A stretch of DNA of 63,716 nt, filler included, from Reticulomyxa filosa (lineage: Eukaryota > Protista > Foraminifera): assembly GCA_000512085.1 (NCBI GenBank). It is 22 parts of 22 records of this genome, joined end to end, with 100 filler letters (N's around TTAATTAATTAA, not from the genome) between each part and the next. Parts side by side here need not be neighbours in the genome. Positions count along the whole stretch, not along the records: positions 33,766 to 38,539 come from ASPP01025312.1; positions 38,640 to 40,004 come from ASPP01022628.1; positions 40,105 to 43,674 come from ASPP01005177.1; positions 43,775 to 44,774 come from ASPP01045717.1; positions 44,875 to 45,950 come from ASPP01003948.1; positions 46,051 to 47,108 come from ASPP01025976.1; positions 47,209 to 49,825 come from ASPP01021916.1; positions 49,926 to 50,925 come from ASPP01041617.1; 14 more parts are not named here. The stretch is one strand, 5' to 3'. The notes beneath the pieces were generated by a model that saw only the letters and a program-made list of their open reading frames with translations, had not been told where the DNA came from and searched no databases. This document shows positions 37,821 to 51,062 of the stretch, piece after piece. Both the position numbers and the translations under genes were made by a program. Numbering within the stretch: the stretch's first letter is position 1; the number at the start of each line of letters is the position of its first letter.

Positions 37821-38539
37821 ATGAACTTAAGCTTATCAATGAAGGTTGTGTTCAAGTTATCTTTAGGTTTTTTTTCTTTATTGTATGTTATCTTTTTTTG
37901 CTTTATGATTGAAACAGTCAAAAGAAGAAGATATCCAAATAATTATTCATCATTGGATTCGAGTGTTAAAAATTAAATTAGGATGGATTAAAGATTTTGA
38001 CAAACTTGTTGTCAATTATGTTAGTCTATTTGTTTTTTCTTCATTTACTGTAAATTAAAATATTCCAATATTTATTAACATAGGTATCCACTGTTTTCAT
38101 GCTTGACACATTTCGTTCATCATCCAAACTACTCAATACATTCACTGGGCATACTGATGTTGTGTGGAGTATTGATTATTCAACATTTGACGATTGTCAA
38201 TTTATTTGTTCTGGATCAAGTGATAATACAGTTCGTGTATGGAATGTCGAGAACAATAAGCAAATTCAATCATTCAATGAGCATTCAGCTGAAGTATATT
38301 GTGTGAAATTTTCACAATATCATTATCATAAGCGTCGTCAAAATGTCATTTGCTTTTCATCATATGATAAAAATATTTCGTTTTTGGGATTTCAGACATA
38401 ATAAACAATTACAAATGTTCAATGGACACATTGTTGGCGTTTATGGAATTGAATTTTCACAATTTGATGGTGGTAGATATTTATGCTCTGGATCAAGTGA
38501 CAAAACAATTCGTTTATGGGATGTTGAAACATCAAAATC
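37821..38539 (+). CDS. W-W box + WD40 protein (family B), truncated, frameshift ~38372
   Basis: Box exon 37918-38019 (IHHWIRVLKIKLGWIKDFDKLVVNY); WD40 ORFs 38099-38401 and 38343 to contig end. Confidence 0.85.
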
Positions 38540-38639
38540 NNNNNNNNNNNNNNNNNNNNNNNNNNNNNNNNNNNNNNNNNNNNTTAATTAATTAANNNNN
38601 NNNNNNNNNNNNNNNNNNNNNNNNNNNNNNNNNNNNNNN

Positions 38640-39310
38640 ATAATTGGTATTATCAATATGATCATATTCAATTATTACATCTGCGGAAATGTTATCAATG
38701 GTGGATCTATCAACAAATCATGTATGTATTATTTTGCTGTTGTTAATAAAATAAATGATATGAATATATAAATGATATAACTAATCATTTTAAATAGATA
38801 TAAAACAAGAGATTGGATTTTGCATAGAGTGTGTATGTTAGGAATGGAAAATAGAATGATTATTTTAGTGTATTTGATTATAAACATCGAACAATAATGT
38901 TATTTGATCAAAATAAATTAAAAATAAAATTATTACAACTTGGAAATCCAAACAAATCATCATTGGAATTTAATGTGAGTATTCAATGGTACAATGACAT
39001 CGATATCGATGATACACATGCCAAATGGGTTCGTTCTCAATTATACTTGGCGCTTCCGCACAATGAATTATTTGATAGAGATGATTTATCAAATTGGTAT
39101 CAGTTAATGAAAGCAAAAACATACAAATGCCATTATCAATTATCAAATAAAAATTATCAATTATTTGTTAATTGTAAAATTGTTGCACTTACATTTCAAA
39201 CACACAGGAGTTCAACTCTTTTCATGTCATTTGGAAAGATCAAAGCGATAATATAACAAATAAAGAGCCATTGAGTCCATATTCAATCACTTTCAAACAA
39301 GGAAAAAAGC
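38640..39310 (+). pseudogene. Degenerate fragment of an unidentified multi-exon gene
   Basis: Coding-like KIKLLQLGNPNKSSLEFNVSIQWYND with a micro-exon (YKTRDWILHR) and frame disruptions downstream. Confidence 0.4.
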
Positions 39311-40856
39311 ATGACAGAAAGTCTTTATTAATTTTTTGTTAGTAACAAAAAAGAGATTACAATGTGGCCGATTAGTTTTTTCAATCAATTATTGAATTTT
39401 TTTGTTTCATAAAAGAATGCATCGTAAAGAAAAAAAATGTTACTTTAATTCTGCATCAAGTTTATTGACTAGTTCATGGAAAAGAAGTAATTTGTATTTT
39501 ATTTGAGTCACTAAATAATAAGTATATCTTCACTTTCATCTTTCGGCAAAAACAAAAAAAGACATCATTCAGCTCTTGAATTTGCTTTTTTCATTTTTCA
39601 AAAGGCTATTCACACCTTTTTTTTTGAGGAAAGTTAAAACTACTCAACATTAACAGCATGAATAACCGAATTACAACACAAAAACTCATGAAAGACAAAC
39701 TTTGATACACTTTCAAAATTTGATAAACAACAAAGAAAGCAATAAATGCACTTTGATGTCTTTTGGTGATACGATGAACATTAATTATAAAATATGCTAA
39801 CAACAAAATATAACATAAACTCCTTTCATACAAAATTACAATCACAAATTTGTACCAAAAAATGATGGCAGTTATCATAAAAATCAAAAAAAATAATTTC
39901 ATTCAAGTTCACTAACACAAAATTGCAATGATATTGTAATTTGTTACAATGGTTAAGTATTCCAATTTTAAAAAAAAGCAAGAAGGAAAGACGAAAAGAA
40001 AAATNNNNNNNNNNNNNNNNNNNNNNNNNNNNNNNNNNNNNNNNNNNNTTAATTAATTAANNNNNNNNNNNNNNNNNNNNNNNNNNNNNNNNNNNNNNNN
40101 NNNNGTTCGTTGGGACAATCTTTCTATATCATACATTGTCACCAAATGGGCAATGAAATATGATTATGCAATACTATTACGTAGTGTGACGAAGTGTATG
40201 ATCCAATCAGACAATAAGAATTTGCACCAACGAATATTATTTTTTGTGCGATAATGTCGTTGATTAGTTTCTTTCACACAAATTAAATGACATAATCCAC
40301 ATTATTCATAATGTATTAATCTTTCACTGTGTTTCACAATTAACGAAAAATCTGCTTTGTTATTGATTAATACTTTGATTTTGTACCCATTTTAAATATT
40401 TTCATGCGTTTCGTCCGATGTCATGATACAGTATCGGAATTACTCATTTGTATTGAGATAATCTTATATGACTACTATCTACACAAAAAGAAATATATTC
40501 TAATTTCTTTTGTTTTGTTTTTATGTGTTTGAATATATTGTAAATTGTTAAAAAGAAATTGTAAATGTGTATTACATGCAATTATTGAATGTCATCTTTG
40601 TTAATCTTGAAAGCTGTTCAATTATCGAATGCCAAAACAACATTAACTTTGTCAATGCAATTCGATCCAAAGTGTCCAAATGTTCAAATGTGTTTTGTTC
40701 TCCAAATCATTCAATCTGACCAATACTGGTTCTGATATATATTCTTTTTTTTTGTTCCATGCATTTAATTGTCATAATTGTTGATCACCCAACATTTACC
40801 AATACTATTTCTTGATGCATCTAGTTTCAATCATATCAACGTCAGTCTTCATCATT

Positions 40857-43306
40857 CAAATCAATCAAATCGACGATTGAGCAGCGGAATGCTCCTAATT
40901 AATGCGTTAACCATTTTTTCCGCCATTCTTTTTTTCCTATCCTTTTCGCGACTATCACGTTCTTCTGGGCTTTCTCTTGAATTTGTTCTGTTGCTACACG
41001 ATGTCGATTGTTTGAATATCTTGTATTCTTCCCACGAGCTATTGTTTTATAAGTATGTATTGTTATATATTTATTTGTGGAATAAATGAAGTAAAGACAT
41101 TACAATAATAGTAAATGACATACCAAACGTGTTTCCCATCAATTACCGCCTTGTTGCAAAGCCATTCAAATGATTGACTTGTGTCCAATACATTCTGGAC
41201 ATTGTCAACTGTAGCCAGCGTGGTTAATAACACTGGTAGAAGTTGTTTGAGCTGTTGTTTTTATACACATACACACAAATATCACGTTATATGTTTTTTT
41301 TATTCAATTTATTTATCAAATGTAATTTCGATTGATGCATACTTGTTCGTCATTTTCTTCTCCTTTGAATTTTCCAATATGCACTGCGTTCTTTGGATGT
41401 TTGGCATAAACGTCTGGTGTGTCGTCTACTAAAATGACATCTGCCAACGGCTTGCCAAGACGCCCCAAATCCTTTCGTTTATTTTATTTTTACATCAAAT
41501 CGACAAATCAATTGTTGTTTTATATCTTATCATTTATGCACTAAATATAAATAAATATACATATATAACTTTAATGTATTTTCCATCCGCAAGTCTTGTG
41601 ACATTGTTACCAAATATTCGGTGGGAAATTACACTGCGCAAATCGATGTAGTCCAACACTTCGTTCGTATACCGGGGCCCAGCAGCAGTGAACACAACTA
41701 TATCGTATTCATTACTGCATTCCTGCAGGAACATATTGAGAAATGGACGCTTCTTTACGTATACTTTGGACGTATGTCCCGACGGATGTATTACTGGAAT
41801 GGTAAAATCGTATTTATCTAATTTCTATTAACATTCACACAATAAGAAAATTAAATAGACAAACTTAGGGATAAAAATACAATTGAAACTTTGAAGCTTG
41901 TGTATATCATGGTTTCATCCATGTCCATTACCAGCAGCCTCCTTTTCGACTTTATTAATTCTGGAGGCAATAATGGTGAAGTGGAGCCAACGTCGTTGTT
42001 ATTGGGGTCAATTTGAATTGATTGATTTTGTTCCTTTAGCACTTGCTGGACTTCTTCTTTTTTAAATTCATATAGTTGATCTTGTAGATTTTTTTGATTG
42101 AGTTGTCGTTGCTTTTGTTGTGTCAATTGTTCGGATTCTTGTTGGTGCTCATGTTGTTGGTACTCTTGCTCGGTTTCTTGATGATGTCGCGGTGCCTTCG
42201 TGTTAGCATTTGCATATACATTGACATACGCATGGTCATTAATTGCAATGTATTATTTGTTGTTTGTTGACAACGACATAAATATATACTGATTTGTTAA
42301 CACTTAACACATAGATATACCTGTGAATGTGTCATTGCCTTGCACTGATTGAATGTCGACCAATATTGTTCGAACGATGAAATACAGAAGTCAACGTATG
42401 AACGCATAGTGTCTCGGATATGCGATAACTTATTTATTGTTATTTATTTGGTAATTCAAAACGAAAAGATCACATTTGTTAATATCCATCAATCACAATT
42501 GAATATTACATATAAGAAAAAAAAACAAGATTGATAAACGAACTCTTGATCGCTTCGTAGCGGGCTCCATTTCTTTTATATCGTCTTCGTCGCTCATGTC
42601 CTGCAAACTCCTTTTGTTTCGTCGTTGTCGTGCTTGTGCACTTGTATTCCGCATTAGTGCTTGTTCAGAGTCTTGCTTTTCCTTTTTTTTTTATTTGTGT
42701 TTGGGATGATGTCACTTTGCATTGGTATGTTGCAATACACAGATGACATGCCTCCACTTCCGCTTGTCTTCGACACCATGAAAATGACACTAACGTTTGA
42801 AGGCAGCTCTTTGTGCGCTGGTACAAAGTTTCATCAGTCTATACAATGTTGTTTTTTTTGAAATTTAAACATGTGAAAAATAAAAGATATATTTGAATAA
42901 ATACAAACTTTTTGGCGCTTGCTTGCTCGATCTGTTGTTGTTCCGTCGCTTAGCTGACTAAAACTTCTTTTACGTAGCGATCTCGTATTTTTTTTGTTGG
43001 TATTGCCAGCTATTCAAACAGTTACATTTTGTGTTTTTGTATGTGCAAGCATTAAATAATGAGCCTTTATGTTTTGTTAAAAAAAAGATTTATGCATGTT
43101 TTTTCAGAAGCAAAAAGTTGAGTGTGAATGCGTGGAAAAAAAATCAAAAACAAATGAAGGTAAAAGCAAAGTAGCTGTGCAAGTGAAAAAAAATTAAATC
43201 TGTTATTATTTTATTCAAACATCCACGTTTTTTGCTGGAGCCAGTATGGCTCTTTTTTAGCTTTGCATACCTGTGGTGTCATTCTTTCTTTCCTTTGTTG
43301 AGGCAT
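40857..43306 (-). CDS. SCP/FCP1-type (NIF) CTD-like phosphatase with long N-terminal extension
   Basis: LLVMDMDETMI (DxDxT), KRPFLNMFL..YDIVVFTAA..Y..EVLDYID, DLGRLGKPLADVILVDDTP. Both ends are approximate. Confidence 0.85.
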
Positions 43307-43774
43307 TTCCTGCCATTTTATTTTCTTCTTTTTCTGTTGCCATTTTTGTTTTTTTTTTAAACATTCCTTGGAGACGTTAGCAGTAAACTGAAACTTCAAG
43401 GGTTTCTTACAACTTGACAGTGCTTGAATTGCAATAATCAATCAAACAATTGTTTTTAATTTTGCAAATATTTTTTTGCTCTGTTCAAAAAAACAGACTG
43501 ACGAAAAAAAATAAGAAAGCATTCCGATCTGACAAGCCTTAAAAATTAGAAAAGAAAAAGGGTTACACATTTCATCATTTTGAAAAACAAGAAATGTCGA
43601 ATCGATCTCGTTTTCACCACAAACAATATAACAATTATGGTCAGCAAGTGAGTTACTTATCTGTAAAAGGGAGGNNNNNNNNNNNNNNNNNNNNNNNNNN
43701 NNNNNNNNNNNNNNNNNNTTAATTAATTAANNNNNNNNNNNNNNNNNNNNNNNNNNNNNNNNNNNNNNNNNNNN

Positions 43775-43816
<42 letters not shown>

Positions 43817-43883
43817 GAGGCAGTGGACCGCCAAAGCGGAGTCACTTCTTTTTTTTTTTTTAAATTTAAAAAAAAAAACAACG

Positions 43884-44774
43884 TATCCATTCATACTTGT
43901 GGATTGAATAAAAGAGTGGGGATATTGAAAAGGAGTGGGACCCAATACTTGGCCAATTAGCTTTAGTTGATGTTGCGTACTCATCCCAGCAAATAAGGGC
44001 TCTCCCAAATACATTTCGGCCATAACGCAACCTATCGACCAAGAGTCGACAGAGCAGGTATAATGTTCAGCCTCACATAGCAGTTCTGGTGCGCGGTAAA
44101 AGCGTGAGCAAATGTAATGTTTGTTGCATTCACGGTCACTCAAAATTTTGGCACTTCCAAAATCACACAGACGAATGTCGTGAGTGACTGGGTTCACCAT
44201 AATATTTTGAGGTTTGATGTCTCGGTGACAAATTTGACGACGAGACAAATATCCGCAAGCACGGAATAATTGAAACATATAATACTATGTTGTTGTTTTT
44301 TTTTTTTTTTTTGTCGCTATATGTTTCACCTTGCTCAAATTTTTTTTTTTTTTTTAAATTACTCAGCTCTTATGTCGCACTCTGGCAACTGCTTTCTTTG
44401 TATCTTCGTTTGCTGAATGAGGTCATATAAACTATAAGGCATGTATTCCATGACAATGTTTAAATACTTTCCGTCTTGCTTTTGCGTATAAAACATTTCA
44501 AACACACTTATAATTGCTGGGTGCTTTAAACGGTTTATTATATCTGCTTCTCGGTTCTGTAAAACGTGTCACCAAAAAACCAGGTTACAAACGTGAAAAG
44601 GAAGAAAAAGTAAAAAGTATAACCTTGTAACGATCATTTTGAAAGGTCTCTTTCACTGCAAAATAATTTTCTGTACCGTCTTGTTTGGTAAGATACACAG
44701 TGCCAAAGGCGCCTTTTCCCAAAGTTCTATGATTTATTGTGAACATTTTGTTCTTGTGATTAAAAGATATTCAT
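43884..44774 (-). CDS. GSK3/shaggy-like Ser/Thr kinase (internal fragment)
   Basis: LGKGAFGTVY, AVKETFQNDRYK|NRE, ICHRDIKPQN, LCDFGSAKIL, YICSRFYRAPEL. Confidence 0.9.
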
Positions 44775-44874
44775 NNNNNNNNNNNNNNNNNNNNNNNNNN
44801 NNNNNNNNNNNNNNNNNNTTAATTAATTAANNNNNNNNNNNNNNNNNNNNNNNNNNNNNNNNNNNNNNNNNNNN

Positions 44875-45520
44875 ATATGCGACGATTGATCATTTGTCTG
44901 ACCAAACACAATGCGCGACTTACTTCAGGAGCTTCCAATCCTTTGTTACTCAAATCTTTCAACAGCTGTCGCACGTCCGAGTCGTTCTTTGGCAAGTCTT
45001 GACGCATTTCTATAAATGCTCGTGCTCTTTCGACGTCCACTTGAATCTGTTTATTCAGATATCATATACATATATTTGTATATACATATGTATAATGTGC
45101 AATATGTATACATATATATACATATATATAATATATATATATATATGTATATGTTATAATCCAAACAGGAGCCAAGTCAGTCCCTGCAACAGGGTCAATC
45201 AAGTAATACAAATCTTTATCATCTTTAAATACATCATTGCCTTTTACATGTAAGATCAAACGGACTTCTAACAAACGGTTCCCTAATTCCACCCCTTCAC
45301 TACGATTTTGGACTAACCCTGCCTCTACCATCCATGACACACACTCAGTTCCTATGAATGAGTTTGCATATGATTTTAAAAATTGCTTATGTGTTGACAC
45401 GTTCACGTTCTCTCGAATAGCTGCCACCAACTCTTTCATTTGCCTTGGTGATAAACCCAAAAATGGGCTTTTTGCCTTTAGCCGAAAGATACTCATCTCT
45501 TTTCACAAGTCAATCTGCAT
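44875..45520 (-). CDS. DEP-domain protein (5' part)
   Basis: KSYANSFIGTECVSWM...RSEGVELGNRLL...HV....FKDD..LYYL is a DEP domain; intron 45047-45166. Confidence 0.85.
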
Positions 45521-47208
45521 CAATGCAGACGTAAATTATCCGTCCACTTTTAGTCCCTTTATGAACGTTGTTTCCTCCTTCTGTTTACTTTACACAAATC
45601 AAATGCTAAACATTTGATTAAGTTGTTAACAAAAATGTTATTCGAAGCCGATTATTTATTTTTGGAACTACAGCGGTTACTGAAAAAAAACTAACACGTA
45701 CAATGCTATCTTTAGCATTTTCCTCTTCCGACAAAAAAATTAAAATTTTGATAGTTGTATATACTTTGCTTAAATGTTTGAATTTGTTTATAATTCAAAA
45801 CATTGTTTTTTTTAAACTGTTTTTGCATTTTAGTGCGTTGTGATATAATGATTGAACAACATGCATATCTCTGAATTGACTCATTGCAACACCATAATGA
45901 TTAATTACTGTTCAAATACAGTAAGATAAAAAAGAAAGTTGACACCTAAANNNNNNNNNNNNNNNNNNNNNNNNNNNNNNNNNNNNNNNNNNNNTTAATT
46001 AATTAANNNNNNNNNNNNNNNNNNNNNNNNNNNNNNNNNNNNNNNNNNNNGATATGGATACTGCAACCAAACTTAATCCATCCACTAGCAATCTTGTACA
46101 GGAACGACGTTAGCTAAGCAACTTTAAAAAAGGAGAAAAAGTTCACCTTCAACTTTTTTTGTCGCAGCGAAAAAACATTGTGTAAAATTTGAATTTTAAA
46201 ATGTATCATATTCATATTGATGCAGGGTAATAAGTACTATTTTTAAACTATGTGCAATATTAGAAATATCGATATTTAAAATTCGTTTCGAAAAAAACCT
46301 TGAAACGATTTGAGGGTTTGTAAACTTATCTTAATTTTGAAAATTTTTCTAACTTTGTTTCACATAATTTTAAATTATTTTTACAAAAATATCCATATTT
46401 GGAGAGTTCTTTCTATTTTAATTATCAAGTATATTGATAAAAATTTACATATGTGATCGTTAATGTACTTTGTCCGTTTTATCGACTGTTTTGTGGTGAT
46501 TTGTAGGATTTATTTGGGCTATGTTCTTTCTGGAACTACTTCTCAATTAAATGTAAGTATTCAATATGTTCCGTTTTATCTCGCATTGATAATTGATTTC
46601 CAATGTTTTGTTGTCATATTCTGTCGCTTTAAGTTTTTAATAAAGAGTACACATTATTTTGATAAAGTTTGTTAGTCACTTCAATGTTCTTCCTTATTAT
46701 TTCACAGTCCTCAAAGAAGGAGGAGAAAACTTCCTTTTTTTTTCCTCATACTTCCGTTCAAAAAAAAAATAAAAAACAAAAAGAAACGTTACGTGAAATT
46801 TTATATGAGATATACAAATTAAGCCAATAACGAGTTCACTACACCAGTATACAAGTGCCTTTTTTTTTGCCTTAAAAAAAGAATTGAAAACAATGTTTGT
46901 TTAGTTTTTTTTCTCTTTGTGCAGACATTTTATTATGTATTTCAAAATTCATCATTCAAAGACAACACACAAAAGTTTTTGTTTGTTTAACAATTGCAAT
47001 CTATTTTTTTAATTTTTGGAAAAAGTGAGCAAAGCTTTAATGACGTAATGGACAAAACGAAGCCACTATTAGTCAAGAGCAAAGATAAATTATTTAAAGT
47101 TCTGGTTTNNNNNNNNNNNNNNNNNNNNNNNNNNNNNNNNNNNNNNNNNNNNTTAATTAATTAANNNNNNNNNNNNNNNNNNNNNNNNNNNNNNNNNNNN
47201 NNNNNNNN

Positions 47209-49825
47209 TCATTGCTTGGATTCATTTTGATAAAGACAAAGATTATGCTTATAAGAATATTGATCGTGTCCTTGACAGACCATTGAATAAAGTAATGAAA
47301 TCGCATTTACCCAATTTTCAATATGTTTTGCATCATCCAGATATCCACTTGTGCATCATCGATCAAATTAAGATAATTCAAACACAATTCAATACACGTT
47401 ATTATTGCAGATTAAGAAGAGATCGATTGTATTTATTACAGTATTTGTGTATTTCAACAGAAACTTCAGATGTTGTTGTCCAATGTTACAAACAAGTTTT
47501 TAAGGAATATAGTCAGGCGTGTATAGACTTACTTTGTGTGATATCAATGAAATTAAATGAACGACAATTGGATGATGTTATTGAATTGTTCATGGATGGA
47601 CTTGCTCACGAAAGTAAATTTATTAATGAAAGATGTGTATTATCGATTGCAAAAATAGCATTGAAATTGAATGAGAGGCAATTGAATAAAGTGTTCGAAT
47701 GTTTGATGAATGCCTTTGAGAGTGGAATAATTACAACTTGTAATTATTGTGCACAAGCACTTGCAACGATTTCGTCACAATTGGGAGGAAAACAGTTGGA
47801 TAATGCATTACAATATTTCATTCATAGATTTCCTTCATATCTTTATGCTAATTATTCTTATTATGATTATTATCATTATTGTAATGCATTTCAATTTCTA
47901 ATGAAATTGAAAGAAGAACAATTAGGTGATGTCTTTCAATGTTTCATTAATCGATTATCCGATGAAAAGGAAAATGAAAATAATTGTAGAAAATGCGTAG
48001 AATTACTTGTAAAATTCTCAATGAAATGGAATGAAAAACAATTGAATGATGCTTTCAATTCTTTAAAAGACATATTCAATAAAAATAATTATAAGACGTA
48101 TGGAGAAGCACTTGAGACAATTACAGTGAAATTGTCTGGGAAGCAATTCCATAATGCTTTAAATTATTTCATTAGTAGATTCAATTGTGAACATACATAT
48201 ATAGATCATGATAAATACGCTAAGCTAATTAAAGAAATTGCACAGAGATTGGATGAAAAACAAATGAACATTGCATTGAATTGCTTTATGGATAAGTTAA
48301 ACGATAAAAATGAACATCAAAATATTCGTATTAAGTATATTCAATTACTTACAGAAGTTTCAACTAAATGTAATGAACAACAATTGAATGAAGCTTTTAA
48401 CTCTTCAATGAATATATTCACTGATAAAAATGATAATGTAGATGTGCGTGGAGAATGTGCAGAATTACTTGGGATAATTGCAATGAATCTAAATGGAAAA
48501 CATTTCGATGATGCTTTTCAATGTTTCACAAATGGATTAAAAGATAGTATTTTGGAGGGTTCGAACGTCATGTGCAAAATCACTTGTAACACTTTCAAAG
48601 AAATGGAATGATAAACAATTGAATATTACTTTTCAATGTTTGATTGATGGATTTCAAAATATAAATGGATATAATTGTTGTGCATCCAGAGATTTACTTA
48701 AAGGAATTGCAATGAAATTGAATGAAACACAAATCGATTCTGTTTTCACATATTTAATCAATAGTCTCAAAGGTAACAATGAAAAGAATCGAAAATTTTA
48801 TGCAAAGTCTATTGGATATCTCTCAATGAAATTAAACAAAAAGCAATTGGATGATGTTTTCGAATGTTTGAATGGATTAGAAGATGAAAATGAATACATT
48901 TATGCATTATGTAAACAATCACTTGAAACAATTTCAACAAAATTGAATGAAAAACAATTGGATAGAGTTTTCAGTGCTCTCATTCATGGGTTAAAAGATA
49001 AAAATTATTTTGTTCTTGGAGTAATTTTAGAGAAATTGAATGGGAAAAAACTGGAAAATGCAATTCTTACTTTGATCGATGGATTAAAAGATAAAGATTG
49101 CTTTGTTTGTAAATCATGTGAAAAATCACTTGGTATAATTGTAATAAAAGCGAATGAAAAACAACTGGAAGAAGTTGTCAACGCTTTGATGAGTGGATTA
49201 AAAGATAAAGATGAAAATGTTCGTAAATCATGTACAAAATCACTTGGAGTAATTTCAGAGAAATTGAATGAGAAACAACTGGAAAAAGTGTTCAACACTT
49301 TGATGAGTGGGTTAAAAGATGACGATTACTTTGTTCGTGAACCATATGCAAAATCACTTGAAGTAATTTCAGAGAAATTGAATGAGAAACAACTGGAAAA
49401 TGCAATCTATACTTTGATCAATGGATTCAAAGATGAACATATATATGTTCGTGAATCATGTGCAAAATCATTTGGTACAATTGCAACAAAAGCGAGTGAG
49501 AAGCAACTGGAAGAAATTGTCAATGCTTTGATGAGTGGATTAAAAGATGAAGATGAAGATGTTCGTAAATCATGTGCAGAATCACTTGGAGTAATTTCAG
49601 AGAAATTGAATGAGAAACAACTGGAAAATGTAATTAATACTTTGATCGATGGATTCAAAGATGAAGATATAGCTGTTTGTAAATCATGTGCAGAATCACT
49701 TGGTATAATTGCAACAAAAGCGAATGAGAAACAATTGGAAGAAATTGTCAATGTTTTGATGAGTGGATTGAAAGATGAAAATAAATATGTTCGTGTATCA
49801 TGTGCAGAATCACTTGGAGTAATTT
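47209..49825 (+). CDS. HEAT-repeat protein fragment (frameshift ~48550)
   Basis: Divergent helical repeats grading into near-identical 38-aa units LKD....VR.SCA.SLG.I..K.NEKQLE. Confidence 0.88.
48994..49825 (+). repeat. Tandem 114-nt coding repeats (HEAT units)
   Basis: KD codons start at 48994, 49087, 49201, 49315, 49429, 49543, 49657 and 49771; the first unit lacks 21 nt. Confidence 0.9.
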
Positions 49826-50016
49826 NNNNNNNNNNNNNNNNNNNNNNNNNNNNNNNNNNNNNNNNNNNNTTAATTAATTAANNNNNNNNNNNNNNNNNNN
49901 NNNNNNNNNNNNNNNNNNNNNNNNNATTTTAAATCCCTACTGCAACCAAACTTTATTCCCCTCTCCCCTCCCATGAAAGTCGAGATGATATGTCGTATGA
50001 AGCAGCATGAAGATGA

Positions 50017-50925
50017 CTAAGATTCTGTACCTAGTAGAGATTTGCTTTCAATTTCAATTTCTTTGCTATCTGTTTCCATTTCTGGACTAAGTATTACGTC
50101 TCCTTTTGCAGATTTGTTGTTTGTATTATCCACGATTTCTTGTGGATGTGTGGACGATCTCCCGACCAATTCAGACGTACCCGTGCCTGCCTTGCCATGT
50201 TCGATAACGTTTTTGAAGAGTTGTTGTTGCTGATGTAATTGTTTCAATTTAAGTTCAGTCCTTTTTTCGCGAATAGCAGCACGTTGATTTTTGGGTGATA
50301 TGTTATGCGGTGGCCTCTTATGGAAGATTTGATGAGTGACCAAGCGTTGCTCTTCTATTGTTATTCCTTTGACATCAAAACTGCTATCAAATTCATCTTC
50401 AATTTCTTCTTGTATCAGTTGCTCCATAATATCCTCAAGCGTAATTGCGCCCAGGAATTTCACTGTTTTTGGCATTGCTTTACCCGATTGCAAGCATTCA
50501 TTCACCACATCAACCTCACGTGTGATCAGAGCAAAATGGGTTCTTCTTTCTCGGAACAAGTTTAGTGCCTGTATCATCGTCGTGTCCGGGGACATTATCA
50601 CTGGCTTTCTTCGCACATAATGTCCTAACAAGGGTTTCGGGTTTGGGTCAACCAATATCAGATCCTTTCACAAATATTTTATTATTATCATTATTTGTAA
50701 TGTAGTCACTTTATTTAGTAGTTGTTACATAAATACACAAACCTTTTTTTTTTTTCCTTTTGACACCTCCTTAATTTATCTTTTTTTTTCCCCCCTCCCC
50801 CTCCAGGGGCCCATGTGAAGAAAGAAAAGAGATTTTTAAAAGACAAAACTTTGACTAAGCAAATTCCAACAACGTCCATGTCATGCTCTTTGTAAACTGG
50901 AACTCTCGAAAATCCACATTCCCAT
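50017..50925 (-). CDS. CNNM/DUF21-type CBS-pair protein, C-terminal part
   Basis: GFSRVPVY...VGICLVK|DLILVDP, ALNLFRERRTHFALI, GAITLEDIMEQLIQEEIEDEFD. Confidence 0.88.
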
Positions 50926-51025
50926 NNNNNNNNNNNNNNNNNNNNNNNNNNNNNNNNNNNNNNNNNNNNTTAATTAATTAANNNNNNNNNNNNNNNNNNN
51001 NNNNNNNNNNNNNNNNNNNNNNNNN

Positions 51026-51062
<37 letters not shown>

